A stretch of DNA of 64,000 bases, from positions 1,054,001 through 1,118,000 of the forward strand of contig VRMN01000003.1 in NCBI GenBank assembly GCA_008690995.1. Direction: 5' to 3'. Positions 44,701 to 53,065 of this stretch are shown here, one piece after another; the stretch's first letter is position 1, and every line of letters starts with the position of its first letter. Source of the DNA: Porphyridium purpureum (taxonomy: Eukaryota). The translations under genes and the position numbers were made by a program. The notes under the pieces were generated by a model. It did no database searches, had not been told where the DNA came from, and was given only the letters and a program-made list of their open reading frames with translations.

Positions 44701-47210
44701 TCACTTAAACAAGGCGGGTTGCACAAGTCGCCTTTCAAATGCTCGCTCAACTCAAACTTGTGAGAGAGCTTATTCTTTGCGTGTCCCGCAATCAAAAGAC
44801 ACAGCGACACTCTGCATTCCTCGGACAGATTTGCGAGTCTGGCGTCATCTCGTTCTTTTTGAATTTCAACATGATCCTCCTGCAGGCAAGAAATAGATAA
44901 ACGTAAAGCCATCCAATTCCCTCGCTCAAGATCACACTCAGCACCAGGCAAGGTCGCGAAAGGATAAGACGATGCACGACGACGCGCAACCAGAGAAAAT
45001 TCAACAGCCTCCAGACTGCTTCTATCGCGTATACTCACGACACCGGCGCCAAAATGGTGCTTTTGGGGGGCGCGTGTCGTCGCAGAAGCTTGCGCTTGGC
45101 ATTGCTGAATCTGCTCTCCAAATAAGCGCTTGGCCAGACGCCAGCAGACACGGAGGTGGCGCAGATCAAGGGCTGTATCCTGCGTGTACTCAGAATCACG
45201 GGCAAATAGCGCTCGTCGCCTGCTAGCAAGACAGTTGTTTTTGATACTTGTCTCGCGGCCGGAACGCGCACGCGCTGTCTCTTGTGAAAGTGCGTCACAA
45301 TTTTCATCCTCTGACGATGACGAGACAAGCGTCCCGTCGTTCGCGTCCTGATTCCATGCATTCAGAAGTGCCGCGCGGCCAGCGCCGTGGCAGCGAGATA
45401 CGCGCAACTGACGAGTGGAATCCAATCCGTTGCGCTCTTGCTCATTTCCGGGCAGTAGCCCTCGTCGCTCTATGAGTGTGTACTTCTCTGGATTTTGGTA
45501 GCGCTCTAGCCGCTGTGCTTCGGTGAGGGATGCCGTGCATATACTGCAGCTCCAGAAACCCTCTGGTACTTCTTGCAATGGACTGTCACCACATCCCAAG
45601 TGCACTGCATTCGGGCACGAGTCACATAGCACGAGCCCACCTTTGTCACCACACACAAAGCACGTATCTGCATTAAGGGAGCGCGGGTCCTTGCGTGCGA
45701 TCTCATTCACATCCGGAAGAAATGGGAAGCGCTTTCGCTGAGCGCGCGGAACGTGCTTCGGGCACAAAATATCAAATGTCGGCACCGATTTCTGGAGTTC
45801 TGCGTCGAATTGCATCACGCGCCGGCAGTAAGTGTCCCGCGCGCAGCGGAAGTGAAAGGAAGACTCGCACGCCGTGGAATGGCACCCTATCGCCGCACCG
45901 GGCTTTCTGCATCGCGGAACTGCACAGCGCAACTGCGCTGCACGAGAAACTTCAGCTGACACATTGCAAAACTTCCGAGACACATCATCAAAGTACACAA
46001 GCGGTGCCCATTGTGCGCACATGTAGTGTACGTAGCAACCTGCGTCCAAGTCACTAGCTTGGGCGCCGATCATCGGACCCAGTTCATCTAGTAGCTCTGG
46101 CTCGCCGCTCAGGCCACAAAATTGACAAAGCTCAAAGGGTAGGTCGTATTCGCAAACCGCCAGGCAATCCGGAAGCGACGATTGTGACGTGGAGTCAGAT
46201 GCAGACGCCGCGTCTGCATGAGAAAGTCCTGAAACGCCCAGAGGTACTTCTTTGTCGCTTGGTGCCGCCGCGCCCACGATCAATGTGTCTGGTATGCTGT
46301 TGGGGAGCTGCTCTCGTGGCAACTGTTCTCTGCTGGAAGTACGGCGCAAGCTTGTATCGCATGACGTGAGCGGTACTAATTTTTGGGACCGACCTTCAAT
46401 TTGATTGCTTTGATTGCTCAACTGCAACGCATTGACGCTCGCGTCAGGTCTGTTTCCTTGTCCATGTTGTGAAGACAGCAGATCGCGAATGGGCGGTTCC
46501 GCATCATCTCGCTGCTGGGAGGACTTTTCGAATAGACACGGAATCTTCCGAGCTGGCCCCACCGCAATGTCCTTCTCTTGTGTTTCCGAAAGCGTCAGTC
46601 TGGGTGAATGGATGCAGTAGCTGGGCGCCACGGCATGATGTGGAGCATCGCTTGGCGTTTCGCGTGGACTGCCGTGATCCTTAGTGCCGGTCTTTGACTG
46701 TGACAGAGGCTCTGCCGGTACCAGATGCCTGGCACTTGTTCGGTCTCGACCACTGCGCGGGAGCGCGTGCAGTCTCACACAGTTGAGCAGCTGCTCGTTG
46801 TGGTTGACAAAGGCGAGCAGCTTTTGAAAACTATTGTTCACCGCCTGCAGGGGCACAACCCCGTTTCTCGCGCGTTGCAAGGCGGTAGCATCCAGCGGCA
46901 GAGAGCAGACGCTACACCTTGCCTGGTCGCACGAAAGACAAATCACATTTGCGCACGTCGCACAGTGTGCCACCGAACTGAGCGGCTTGCTGCATGCGTC
47001 ACACGACAATAGCGCCGCAGCACGCCGCACGCGGTCCAGACACGTCGCGACCGCCCCTGCTCTGCTCCTTTCATCTGCATGCCCACCCCCGCCGCGCTCC
47101 GTTTCCCCGCATGCCACCTGTTCAGGCTTGAGCCGCTTGCTCGCCGTCGTCCGCGCGCTGCCGTGTGCGCCCACGCCTTCGCGCGCCCGCTTCGCCGCGC
47201 TCCTTCCCAT
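38724..47210 (-). CDS. 2828-aa protein: degenerate RING, extended PHD (HC5HC2H), PHD and MMS22L/Mus7-like helical region
   Basis: RING-like CDAC...C-A-N..CLSC..CSVC. ePHD CQFC...HYMCAQWAP...GAAIGC...SFHFRCA...CPKH. PHD CFVC..GGLVLCDSCP..VHLGC...W.CSIC. Ordered MMS22L-like Trp motifs at about 41850-42880. Confidence 0.8.
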   Translation of the reverse strand: MGRSAAKRAREGVGAHGSARTTASKRLKPEQVACGETERGGGGHADERSRAGAVATCLDRVRRAAALLSCDACSKPLSSVAHCATCANVICLSCDQARCSVCSLPLDATALQRARNGVVPLQAVNNSFQKLLAFVNHNEQLLNCVRLHALPRSGRDRTSARHLVPAEPLSQSKTGTKDHGSPRETPSDAPHHAVAPSYCIHSPRLTLSETQEKDIAVGPARKIPCLFEKSSQQRDDAEPPIRDLLSSQHGQGNRPDASVNALQLSNQSNQIEGRSQKLVPLTSCDTSLRRTSSREQLPREQLPNSIPDTLIVGAAAPSDKEVPLGVSGLSHADAASASDSTSQSSLPDCLAVCEYDLPFELCQFCGLSGEPELLDELGPMIGAQASDLDAGCYVHYMCAQWAPLVYFDDVSRKFCNVSAEVSRAAQLRCAVPRCRKPGAAIGCHSTACESSFHFRCARDTYCRRVMQFDAELQKSVPTFDILCPKHVPRAQRKRFPFLPDVNEIARKDPRSLNADTCFVCGDKGGLVLCDSCPNAVHLGCGDSPLQEVPEGFWSCSICTASLTEAQRLERYQNPEKYTLIERRGLLPGNEQERNGLDSTRQLRVSRCHGAGRAALLNAWNQDANDGTLVSSSSEDENCDALSQETARARSGRETSIKNNCLASRRRALFARDSEYTQDTALDLRHLRVCWRLAKRLFGEQIQQCQAQASATTRAPQKHHFGAGVVSIRDRSSLEAVEFSLVARRRASSYPFATLPGAECDLERGNWMALRLSISCLQEDHVEIQKERDDARLANLSEECRVSLCLLIAGHAKNKLSHKFELSEHLKGDLCNPPCLSDWWEASGASSELGRAARRWREALSTETVLLKPWVERSTRARDGSSLAFSAHAVQAKLKHQLQSEPPAPTSKLRFPAGRHGEARRSQKARNETSFIVQDDKVLNGRRCDAGKLRSGRSTAPRPRTASPGRIQKKYGAASSPVRETRRGERIVLPVIHSSPMREPEDVCNPEPCGGVHFTFNGRVRTEENGVTLCSSDADESETFQDAGACSLGRPAQELQIGRGAAGGNIEDEIAVTKSHRSVLHTNLETIMRRLQRSQVRRKQGMPDKGRHKTPALDSDNIFAPGFGGRDSQNLARHRDNSRCRENVLFKEAESPVGANASMIIDVDSLADAAVPATVRRLRVRKTQIPQHMEERARQRASRVLGNMSRREDGDVDKDYLWLTDDGPNANADVEHANSSQVMAKRPEHRNQRMHTPVQRPLVFVGRENARSLVSGVDVRWFVDCERFMNVLVGKERVDLLVEEGVNAASIAMTFGSIQELLDALGMPYRLHVPGESGDFGGIEWKSTVDLWKDEIDRGVGMNNSRFSYSVVRMHMQLLCAVISCHTCLPCDVCGVHEYLSFLLRDMLSNSLTLHSNFLPPRMRHGSSGADGLHALSSDGRMLVDSKHNPLVSLWRFVLQFAASCSDAASAESNSNSLQLPRDHVWDQLMVLLFDAREWAIVSGDAFAGVTVNSPTWRELAWAVILRLAEISRFRVIWCRSTEHDHAANPSISRDITLHPPLPSANYHFAPWVLNHEAGHLGSRHPGWALVRALVESELAGCGTLRSLRDLPPLEHQLSRVMLNCVVLSHGWAAADERVLRLWLKFFEDTRFLSVHKHCTTLAGPFSQFQMQVKSHWSMSVRGTEHAQPEKQNPDMWPLLQGAPLCTLLFEYSVRMISDIPNALISRHSATSTARVAVASAIAEYESRRLRKFARTVAISAAAEADAHGHASANTDQDEDAFCALRHALLLVHAVCKGFMDSDDSLLFLQFVNRLLGDFTAGLCGGNSEPSANALTTQSRNRAVMSQIIALQIFILRALHLHSVRRSFVSALDVASKYLSVITNQRTPDTKMFRKNEIRALGDACVLLSQLVVAIKEKTESKHGEKLELLTVLLRHDFIERLLPLYKHSYACALRALSWVRSAVHMLHETDARSLTPSPTRDSDEFFESLDADEEAQRAELCKLLVGKYLHVIARTLVGVGSIRSSHAHSLPDRLLQFGSELTGVYCALQSLRVRFCFNRRYSPAQEVGTSFSTPPPESWFKAMLMFSEAGQVVILQSYTSKDTVQKQPLHRGVFVGSASDELRFDLCALYWSIVLESERETVAATRSLATLDIAVLLCLVHAACSDWRPSGSVTSSSCSVSEAMGTKSALPASSFTECCVQRLIASLNAVFPDGGMGTRVFAGSRKSAEDDALLHWIGLLLKRRILAENEEHVHHNMVLSLGIAWIHANLAALGAWTASCTAVDLPRRVPVVIASLGKMYAIVELFMKTGQGKLVSAVWNVKIIALYNLACEIRARSRSFVGMSLDRVRSVDISECQKALLQTLCYIPPSTRVARSRESNDPRASASSSAESAWKYASDIVREWIFEDAATPASMSASSTCLKPDELRIFLSSWIRARCEERLGTNAYASGAGTLCYFFSHVLVPEMDRFCTSDAHFALCLYFIQDACARRPEERPMTDRARACLLRAVGATVLPFLFRRMIENMHSELESRSWRAELRWGESRVLLFRFLSALFDASAGGAVRRTHSRSSGFSIMFSAFDLDETWSQPTFDSRGLFHHAGDEGLDSLALNLFRVILYLGLLGLDLCVRRVRRRALIARFEHEAALFTSKITALLGPCLVRGGAGLMNAPGQAISERVPLSAQTVTRKNGDRVLFEGCTEFFALVQSCCTHSADARSVVLEILFPYARESILPDLERLIRRVHVESTSNRDSGHDSRADPLSGSVPNLVAHSERKQEILVLDRRLRALLRQVGCSEIATSLASRSFPRGTSFSLAVPPSLAILLQVGSQAHK

Positions 47211-47453
47211 CCTCAGCTCTCAGCATCATCAAGCACAAACAAGCATGAGCACTGGCACCAGCACCCGCATCAACAGCTCCACACATCCACGCGTATCCAA
47301 TGCATACCACGTCGATCTACTCCCTTGTCCCTTTCCCCCTTGTCTCCTCCTTCCCGGTCTCTCTCTCTCTTCACCCCCACCAAACACGCATCACAGCACA
47401 GCACAGTACCGCACCGTACCGCACCCCACCACCAACCGCGCACGGGGCCCAAG

Positions 47454-47465
47454 TTTTGGCGCGAA
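47454..47465. promoter_or_regulatory. E2F-like site
   Basis: TTTTGGCGCGAA about 245 bp upstream of the RING-ePHD-MMS22L-like ORF. Confidence 0.45.
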
Positions 47466-47838
47466 CCACACGGTTTCGTTTTTCACTTGGTCTCGTGCCC
47501 GTTGTCACGCGCAGCCGACCCTGGTAATTTTTGGATTGTAATTTCTAGAATTTGTGTTGTAATTTAAGCGTGAAACCGTTCAACACTCTTGGATAACCGA
47601 TAAACCGCTCTGCTCCATGCAGTGCGTTTTGGAGCTCCCGGTCAAGCTGGCATGTGAATGCATGTGGGTAGGGCGGGAAGAAGAAGTGGAGCAACGGAGG
47701 TTGCGGTGGATGCGCGCATCCTTGATGAGAGACTGGATGCGGTCGCTTGGCGCGCTGCGCCGCGCGGCATTGAGTGATGCCCGCGACGGTGCTAGGTATA
47801 GCGTGGCTTCCACCGTACGTAGGGTGGTGCGTCGATCC

Positions 47839-49677
47839 ATGAGTAAGCGCGCATCTTTGCCATCGGCTGCGGCGCACTCGACAGCGCGGATGTGCGGTCA
47901 GCGTTTCCGTCGCCAATCTGGACGCGCCGGATGGGGTGCGATGGTGGTTGGAGCAGGTCTGTCAGCTGCTGGGCTCGCAGGCGCATATGTGTATGTGTCG
48001 GCGCCGACAGGGCAAAGCGAGCGCGTTGAGCTGGTCAGACACGCGCAGAGCGAGTCGGCTCGCAAATACATGAATTTGTGGCGACAGTTTCGGGCCGCGG
48101 TATGTGATTCTGGGTCTCTAAATTTGAGTACAAGTGAGAAATCTTCCAGAGCTGATCAGCCCATTGCGACGCACAGCGTAAACCCAACCGAAATTTTCGA
48201 TTTTGTAATCTGCGGGGCAGGGACGTCCGCTCAGGCCGCGCTTGAAGAGTTGCACCGCATTTCGCCAAATAGTAGCGTGCTGTTGCTAGCAGATGAATGG
48301 CGGGAGCCGTACTACGATTCTCCTGTTTGCCAGAGCTCCCTAAAGGAGCATGCAGCAGCGGATGGCCAGCGCGGCCATGACCAGCTGGCGCGTCTGGAGA
48401 AGCTGTGTGATAATATACGACTAGGCGAGCATGTCGATGCTGTCAATGTCCGACAAAATTGTATACATTTGTCCAATGGAAACGTGATTGGTTACAAAAA
48501 GTTGTTGCTTTGCTTGGGTGCGAGCGTGGATTACCAGCTTCGGACCAAATCGATGGTCGCAGAGCAGGCAGGGGCCGATCGGCGCTTTTTGGCTGGGCGT
48601 CATCATGCTGGAGAATCCGAGCTGGTAAAGCTCATCGAGCAAAAAAGTTCCAGCGGGCAGCAGCTGCATGTGACGGTGGTCGGGGGTGGCTGGAACGGCA
48701 CAGCGTACGCGGCCAAATTGGCTGGGCTCGGCTGTGCTGTGACACTCATGTGCTCAGAGCCATCATTGTGGCACAAATATTTGCCGGCGTATCTCATTGA
48801 ATTTCTCACCAAGCAATTTAAGCAGCTCGGGATCGAGGTCGTTCCGTATGCGTCCGTCCAGTACGTGACACCACAGACGAGCGCAGGGCGAAGCGACGAA
48901 CTTGTCGTCCATTTCGGGCTCACGTACGACCTGTACAGCTCTGAGTGGCTGCGAACGGATTTCGTCGCTTTCCTACCCACCCACATGCCGTCGCCGGTGC
49001 TCCAGCTGGACTCGGACGGATTTCTGGAGAGAAACACGCAACTTGGGTGCATCGATGCCAATGCTGAGCTTTGCGTTGCGTCAGACGTGTATGGTGCCGG
49101 CGACTGCGTCTCGTACCCATCCAGTCGGCTCGGTGGCCGGCGCCGCAGCACCGCCCATGAGCACGCTATCCACAGTGGCAAGCACGCAGCGCGCAACATG
49201 CTAGGTGTTGACAAGGGCGGTACGCGCGAGCCGTACGACTTTGAGCCCGTGCGTGAGATTGACTACTCGATTGTAGGCTCTTATATGTACTGCGTGGGCC
49301 GATGCAGCTCGGACTGCGAATCGTACGGCTACTACTACCCGTCACGATCCACCGACACGGAGCTGAACGGGTGCGTCTTTTACGTGGAACACAAAACGCT
49401 GCGGGTTGTTGGCGCAATGCTGCTGACGGAACAGGCGTGTCCGAGCGCACGCGAAACGCTTCGCGACGTGTTCACGAATCTTGGTGCCGGTCCATTCTTC
49501 CAGGAGGCGCGCGACATGCACCAGTTCCTCACGGAATGCACGCGCAAAATCATGCACGAAACCGGCATTGTCCACAGCGACGACGGCAGCACTAGGTCCA
49601 GAGCAACACCGCTTATCCGCAAGCGCTCTGTTCCGCGCGATTCGCAGCGCGGTGACAACGGCGTGGACAGATTGTAA
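47839..49677 (+). CDS. Apoptosis-inducing-factor-like FAD/NAD(P)H oxidoreductase
   Basis: Mitochondrial-like presequence plus TM. VICGAGTSA, VVGGG, YGAGDC, GRRRSTAHEHAIHSGKHAARNM (AIF-like GRRRVEHHDHA). Confidence 0.75.
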   Translation: MSKRASLPSAAAHSTARMCGQRFRRQSGRAGWGAMVVGAGLSAAGLAGAYVYVSAPTGQSERVELVRHAQSESARKYMNLWRQFRAAVCDSGSLNLSTSEKSSRADQPIATHSVNPTEIFDFVICGAGTSAQAALEELHRISPNSSVLLLADEWREPYYDSPVCQSSLKEHAAADGQRGHDQLARLEKLCDNIRLGEHVDAVNVRQNCIHLSNGNVIGYKKLLLCLGASVDYQLRTKSMVAEQAGADRRFLAGRHHAGESELVKLIEQKSSSGQQLHVTVVGGGWNGTAYAAKLAGLGCAVTLMCSEPSLWHKYLPAYLIEFLTKQFKQLGIEVVPYASVQYVTPQTSAGRSDELVVHFGLTYDLYSSEWLRTDFVAFLPTHMPSPVLQLDSDGFLERNTQLGCIDANAELCVASDVYGAGDCVSYPSSRLGGRRRSTAHEHAIHSGKHAARNMLGVDKGGTREPYDFEPVREIDYSIVGSYMYCVGRCSSDCESYGYYYPSRSTDTELNGCVFYVEHKTLRVVGAMLLTEQACPSARETLRDVFTNLGAGPFFQEARDMHQFLTECTRKIMHETGIVHSDDGSTRSRATPLIRKRSVPRDSQRGDNGVDRL

Positions 49678-50228
49678 ATAAAAGCAGCCTTCATGAGGCC
49701 CACGTTTGAAGAGCCAGACCGCGTGTTTCCGGACGCGACCAGTCTTCATCAGCTGCGGAGCGGACAAAAAGAAAAACGGTTTCGCGGTGCATGCGCCGGG
49801 AACTTCTACTGGCGGCAGGGCATTCAAAATGCGACGAGTTTCATAGGAACAGCGTGAACACCATCCTTACCCTGTAAACTCGCAGCCATCTTCGAACCTG
49901 CGCGCTTTCGCATTGCGGATTTCATTCGAGCAGACCCGATCCTAAACACAACGCCTTCCGCGTAATTTCGAAGAGAAATAACCACTCGGCCACGCCAGCT
50001 TCAGCATCCGCGCCTGACCAAGAGCGCGAAAAGAAATTCTTCCGCCGCACCCAAAATATCAAGCACGCGACACGCCACGAAACTAGTGCTAAGGTGAAAA
50101 AATTAAAATTTATATAGTTGTCCTAAGGACGTTTTTGGTCTGTGTCCCGCGCGTTGGCAGTGGTGCGGAGAAGCAACAAGCCAGAAAGGGGAAGGGATGG
50201 CGTGCGTGCGACGGCGACGGCAGCGGCA

Positions 50229-51506
50229 ATGGCGGTGTCGCGGGAGTTCGTCCAGGGTGCGCTGGAGAAGGGCGTGAGGTGCGATGGACGGCATTTGAAT
50301 GCAGCGCGCCACTGCGAGATCGAGTTTGGGCCGCAGCAGGGCAGCGCAATGGTCAGGATGGGTGGGTCGATCGCGTGTGCCAGCGTCAATGTGGAGGCCG
50401 TGGCGCCTTATGCGGATCGGCCGAGAGAAGGTATGTTTGCAGCGAGCGTGGACGTGTCGCCAGGGTCGTGCTTGTGGGCGGCGACGGACGTCGTTGCGGC
50501 GCGAGAACTGGGCATTGACATGAGCAGAAAACTGGAAAGATTGCTGAGGTCAGCGCGCGTGCTGAACAATGAGGACCTGGTTGTGGTGGCTGGCAAGTTG
50601 GTTTGGCAGGTGCGCGTGGAGGTGATGATTCTTGAAGTGGATGGAAACGTGCTCGATGTGGCGGCGCTGGTCTCCGTGGCGGCGCTCAAGTATGCAAAGC
50701 GACCGGATGTTTCCATCAGGGGCGAGAGTATCGTCCTTCATGCGTTGGAGGAGCGGGAAGCGGTGTACCTTCCCGTGAATCACACACCGTACATTGTTAC
50801 TTTTGCATTGTTTGCTAGGACGGCGCTGCCCGTTGCAGCGCACAGCTCAAAACGCGCCTCATTACTTGTCTTGGTCGACCCGACGGAAGACGAGGAGCGC
50901 TTGTGCGATGCACAGCTTTCCGTCTCCATGAATGCCTTTGGCGAGATTTGCGGTCTCTCCAAAGCCGGTGGTCTTGCCATTGATAAGGAGAATGTGATGC
51001 TTTGCACCTCGCTGGCTGCAGATCGTGTACGGCACTTGGATGGTCTTTTCAAACACGCGTGGGAGCTTGCGAACAACGGCGCCCCGTCGAAACCTCAATT
51101 CAACGTGAGACCAAGTCAAGTATGCATTTTTCCGAGCAAAGTACCGAATATTATGTCTGTTCCATCTGCCTCGAAACGCCCAAGATCAGAGCGACAGGTA
51201 GCCCCCCAAGCGCCAAAGCACGCAGACGTCATTCAAGGCATGGACGCCGAAGCGCAACCTCCTGGAATACAGCCTTCTGCAGAAGCCAAAAACTTGTCAG
51301 AGAAGTTTGGAATGGCCGACGTGCAAGCAGAACTTCCGAAAGCGGCTCCGGCAACCTCGGTTTTGCAGTCAACCAAGACACGCAAGGCTTCAGGATCCGA
51401 AGCGAGCAACATGATCGACAAGGATTCGACGGGATCCTCCTCTTCCGGCGATGATCTGACCAAGGCCATCATCAAAACGAAGGGCAAAAAAAAGGTCAAG
51501 CGATAA
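50229..51506 (+). CDS. RRP45: Exosome core subunit RRP45/EXOSC9
   Basis: RCDGR, PYADRPREG, EDLVVVAGKLVWQVRV, DGNVLD, RPDVSI, DPT.DEE, MNAFGEIC.LSKAGG. Confidence 0.9.
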   Translation: MAVSREFVQGALEKGVRCDGRHLNAARHCEIEFGPQQGSAMVRMGGSIACASVNVEAVAPYADRPREGMFAASVDVSPGSCLWAATDVVAARELGIDMSRKLERLLRSARVLNNEDLVVVAGKLVWQVRVEVMILEVDGNVLDVAALVSVAALKYAKRPDVSIRGESIVLHALEEREAVYLPVNHTPYIVTFALFARTALPVAAHSSKRASLLVLVDPTEDEERLCDAQLSVSMNAFGEICGLSKAGGLAIDKENVMLCTSLAADRVRHLDGLFKHAWELANNGAPSKPQFNVRPSQVCIFPSKVPNIMSVPSASKRPRSERQVAPQAPKHADVIQGMDAEAQPPGIQPSAEAKNLSEKFGMADVQAELPKAAPATSVLQSTKTRKASGSEASNMIDKDSTGSSSSGDDLTKAIIKTKGKKKVKR

Positions 51507-51583
51507 ATGCTCTGATTCGAAAATTAATATCCATGTCAATACGTTGCAGGAATGTCCAAATGTACACCCATCTTGCGCTCAGG

Positions 51584-52975
51584 CTATTCTTCATCGTTCT
51601 GACTTTGCTTGTGCTTAAGATTTTGCACACGTAGTTCAATACCTTGTCCGATCTTTTCATTCACGAAAGCACATGCTCGCACAACGGAACGAATTAATGC
51701 AGGATCTCGGTCATTTACAAGGTCCTGAATGAGCGCATTGTTCTTCATTGCTTGGATTAACAGATTCACGTCAATTCTGCAGAAGGCGTCATTGCGGACG
51801 AATTTACCCCACCGCCACCGCTCTTCCTCTGTCGACATGCTTGGTCCATGTTCCTGCACAAAGAAATCTAGATCTCTCCACACTGCACGCCGCAAAACAT
51901 TCTCTGAATACATGTCTTCTCCTGTGTCCGGATACCACATCTCCTTCGGAACCCCGAAAGAGGAGGAGAATGAGTACCGCGTTCCGTACAAGCACACCCG
52001 CCGAACATGGACCCAGAATATGTCCACGAGGCTTCCATACAGCTCAAGCACTTTCAATGCGTCGCGATCGAGGGCATCTCTGTCGACTGTCCACCGAGAC
52101 AAGCGCACCAGATCGCGCTTGGCTACGCCAAAGACGTCCCCTTCCGTTGCACCGGCCGATGCTCCATCTTTCTGCACATCGTACTTGAACAAACAGGAAA
52201 ACGTATCTTTGGCGGTCGCCAGGTCGCCTATTTTGTCCCAACGCGCCACCATTTGTGACAATGGGTTCCCCACCGACCGAGAGACGGACAAAACGTCCGT
52301 CCCACCAGGGACCATTTGGTTCTGGAAGAAGAGTGTTTCGATGCCCTGGCACATGATGCGTAGTGGTTCATGCGATGAGTCAACCACGTTCGGAAATCCC
52401 AAGCGAATGCGGTCAATCTGGAAAGAGAGTTCGTCCTTGCGTCCAAATGCGAGTTGTTCGACGCTCAGCTCGGCTAGTAAGCTCGCGGCAATGCGGGATC
52501 CCGCCAACGTGTAAGCCCCCTTGAATGACGGATGCGGTTTCCTCCGAACATGTGCAACTAGCTCCTCGAGAGTTTGCGCGACATGCGTGCTTTCCGCAAG
52601 CCCATTATGTCTCGCGAGCTGCACAAATTCAAGGCACAAACGCGTGTACTCTCTTGTTAGATGCTCCGAGGCACCGGAAATCCTCATTTCCCAAAAGGAC
52701 GCGCTCGCCCAATGCTTGAGCACGCAGGGCATCAGGATGGCCGCGCCAAGAACATCGCCTCTACTGACTCGCCGACACGCAGCCACAAACACGGCAAAAT
52801 GCACTGCTCTCGCAACCGCACTCGGGTTCGGTGGTGAATCCTTGCCGTGCCGCAGGAGCTGCTCCACAATCGAGCAATTGTCTTGTTGGATCACTAACTC
52901 GGACCCTGCGCGAGTGCGTGCTGCACGTGGGGAGGCAGGGGCTTCTTCTGCAACAACCCGCTTTCTTTTCCGCAT
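51584..52975 (-). CDS. Hypothetical protein (N-terminal NLS-like RKRKR)
   Basis: 463-aa ORF tightly packed between RRP45 and DHX37. No family recognised. Confidence 0.6.
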   Translation of the reverse strand: MRKRKRVVAEEAPASPRAARTRAGSELVIQQDNCSIVEQLLRHGKDSPPNPSAVARAVHFAVFVAACRRVSRGDVLGAAILMPCVLKHWASASFWEMRISGASEHLTREYTRLCLEFVQLARHNGLAESTHVAQTLEELVAHVRRKPHPSFKGAYTLAGSRIAASLLAELSVEQLAFGRKDELSFQIDRIRLGFPNVVDSSHEPLRIMCQGIETLFFQNQMVPGGTDVLSVSRSVGNPLSQMVARWDKIGDLATAKDTFSCLFKYDVQKDGASAGATEGDVFGVAKRDLVRLSRWTVDRDALDRDALKVLELYGSLVDIFWVHVRRVCLYGTRYSFSSSFGVPKEMWYPDTGEDMYSENVLRRAVWRDLDFFVQEHGPSMSTEEERWRWGKFVRNDAFCRIDVNLLIQAMKNNALIQDLVNDRDPALIRSVVRACAFVNEKIGQGIELRVQNLKHKQSQNDEE

Positions 52976-53065
52976 GGCATCGGAATACTTACCACCGTTT
53001 CCGATTGTTACCCACACGCAGAAAAAAAAGCCTGGATCCGGAATCAAGTTTCAGCGGAAAATGTT

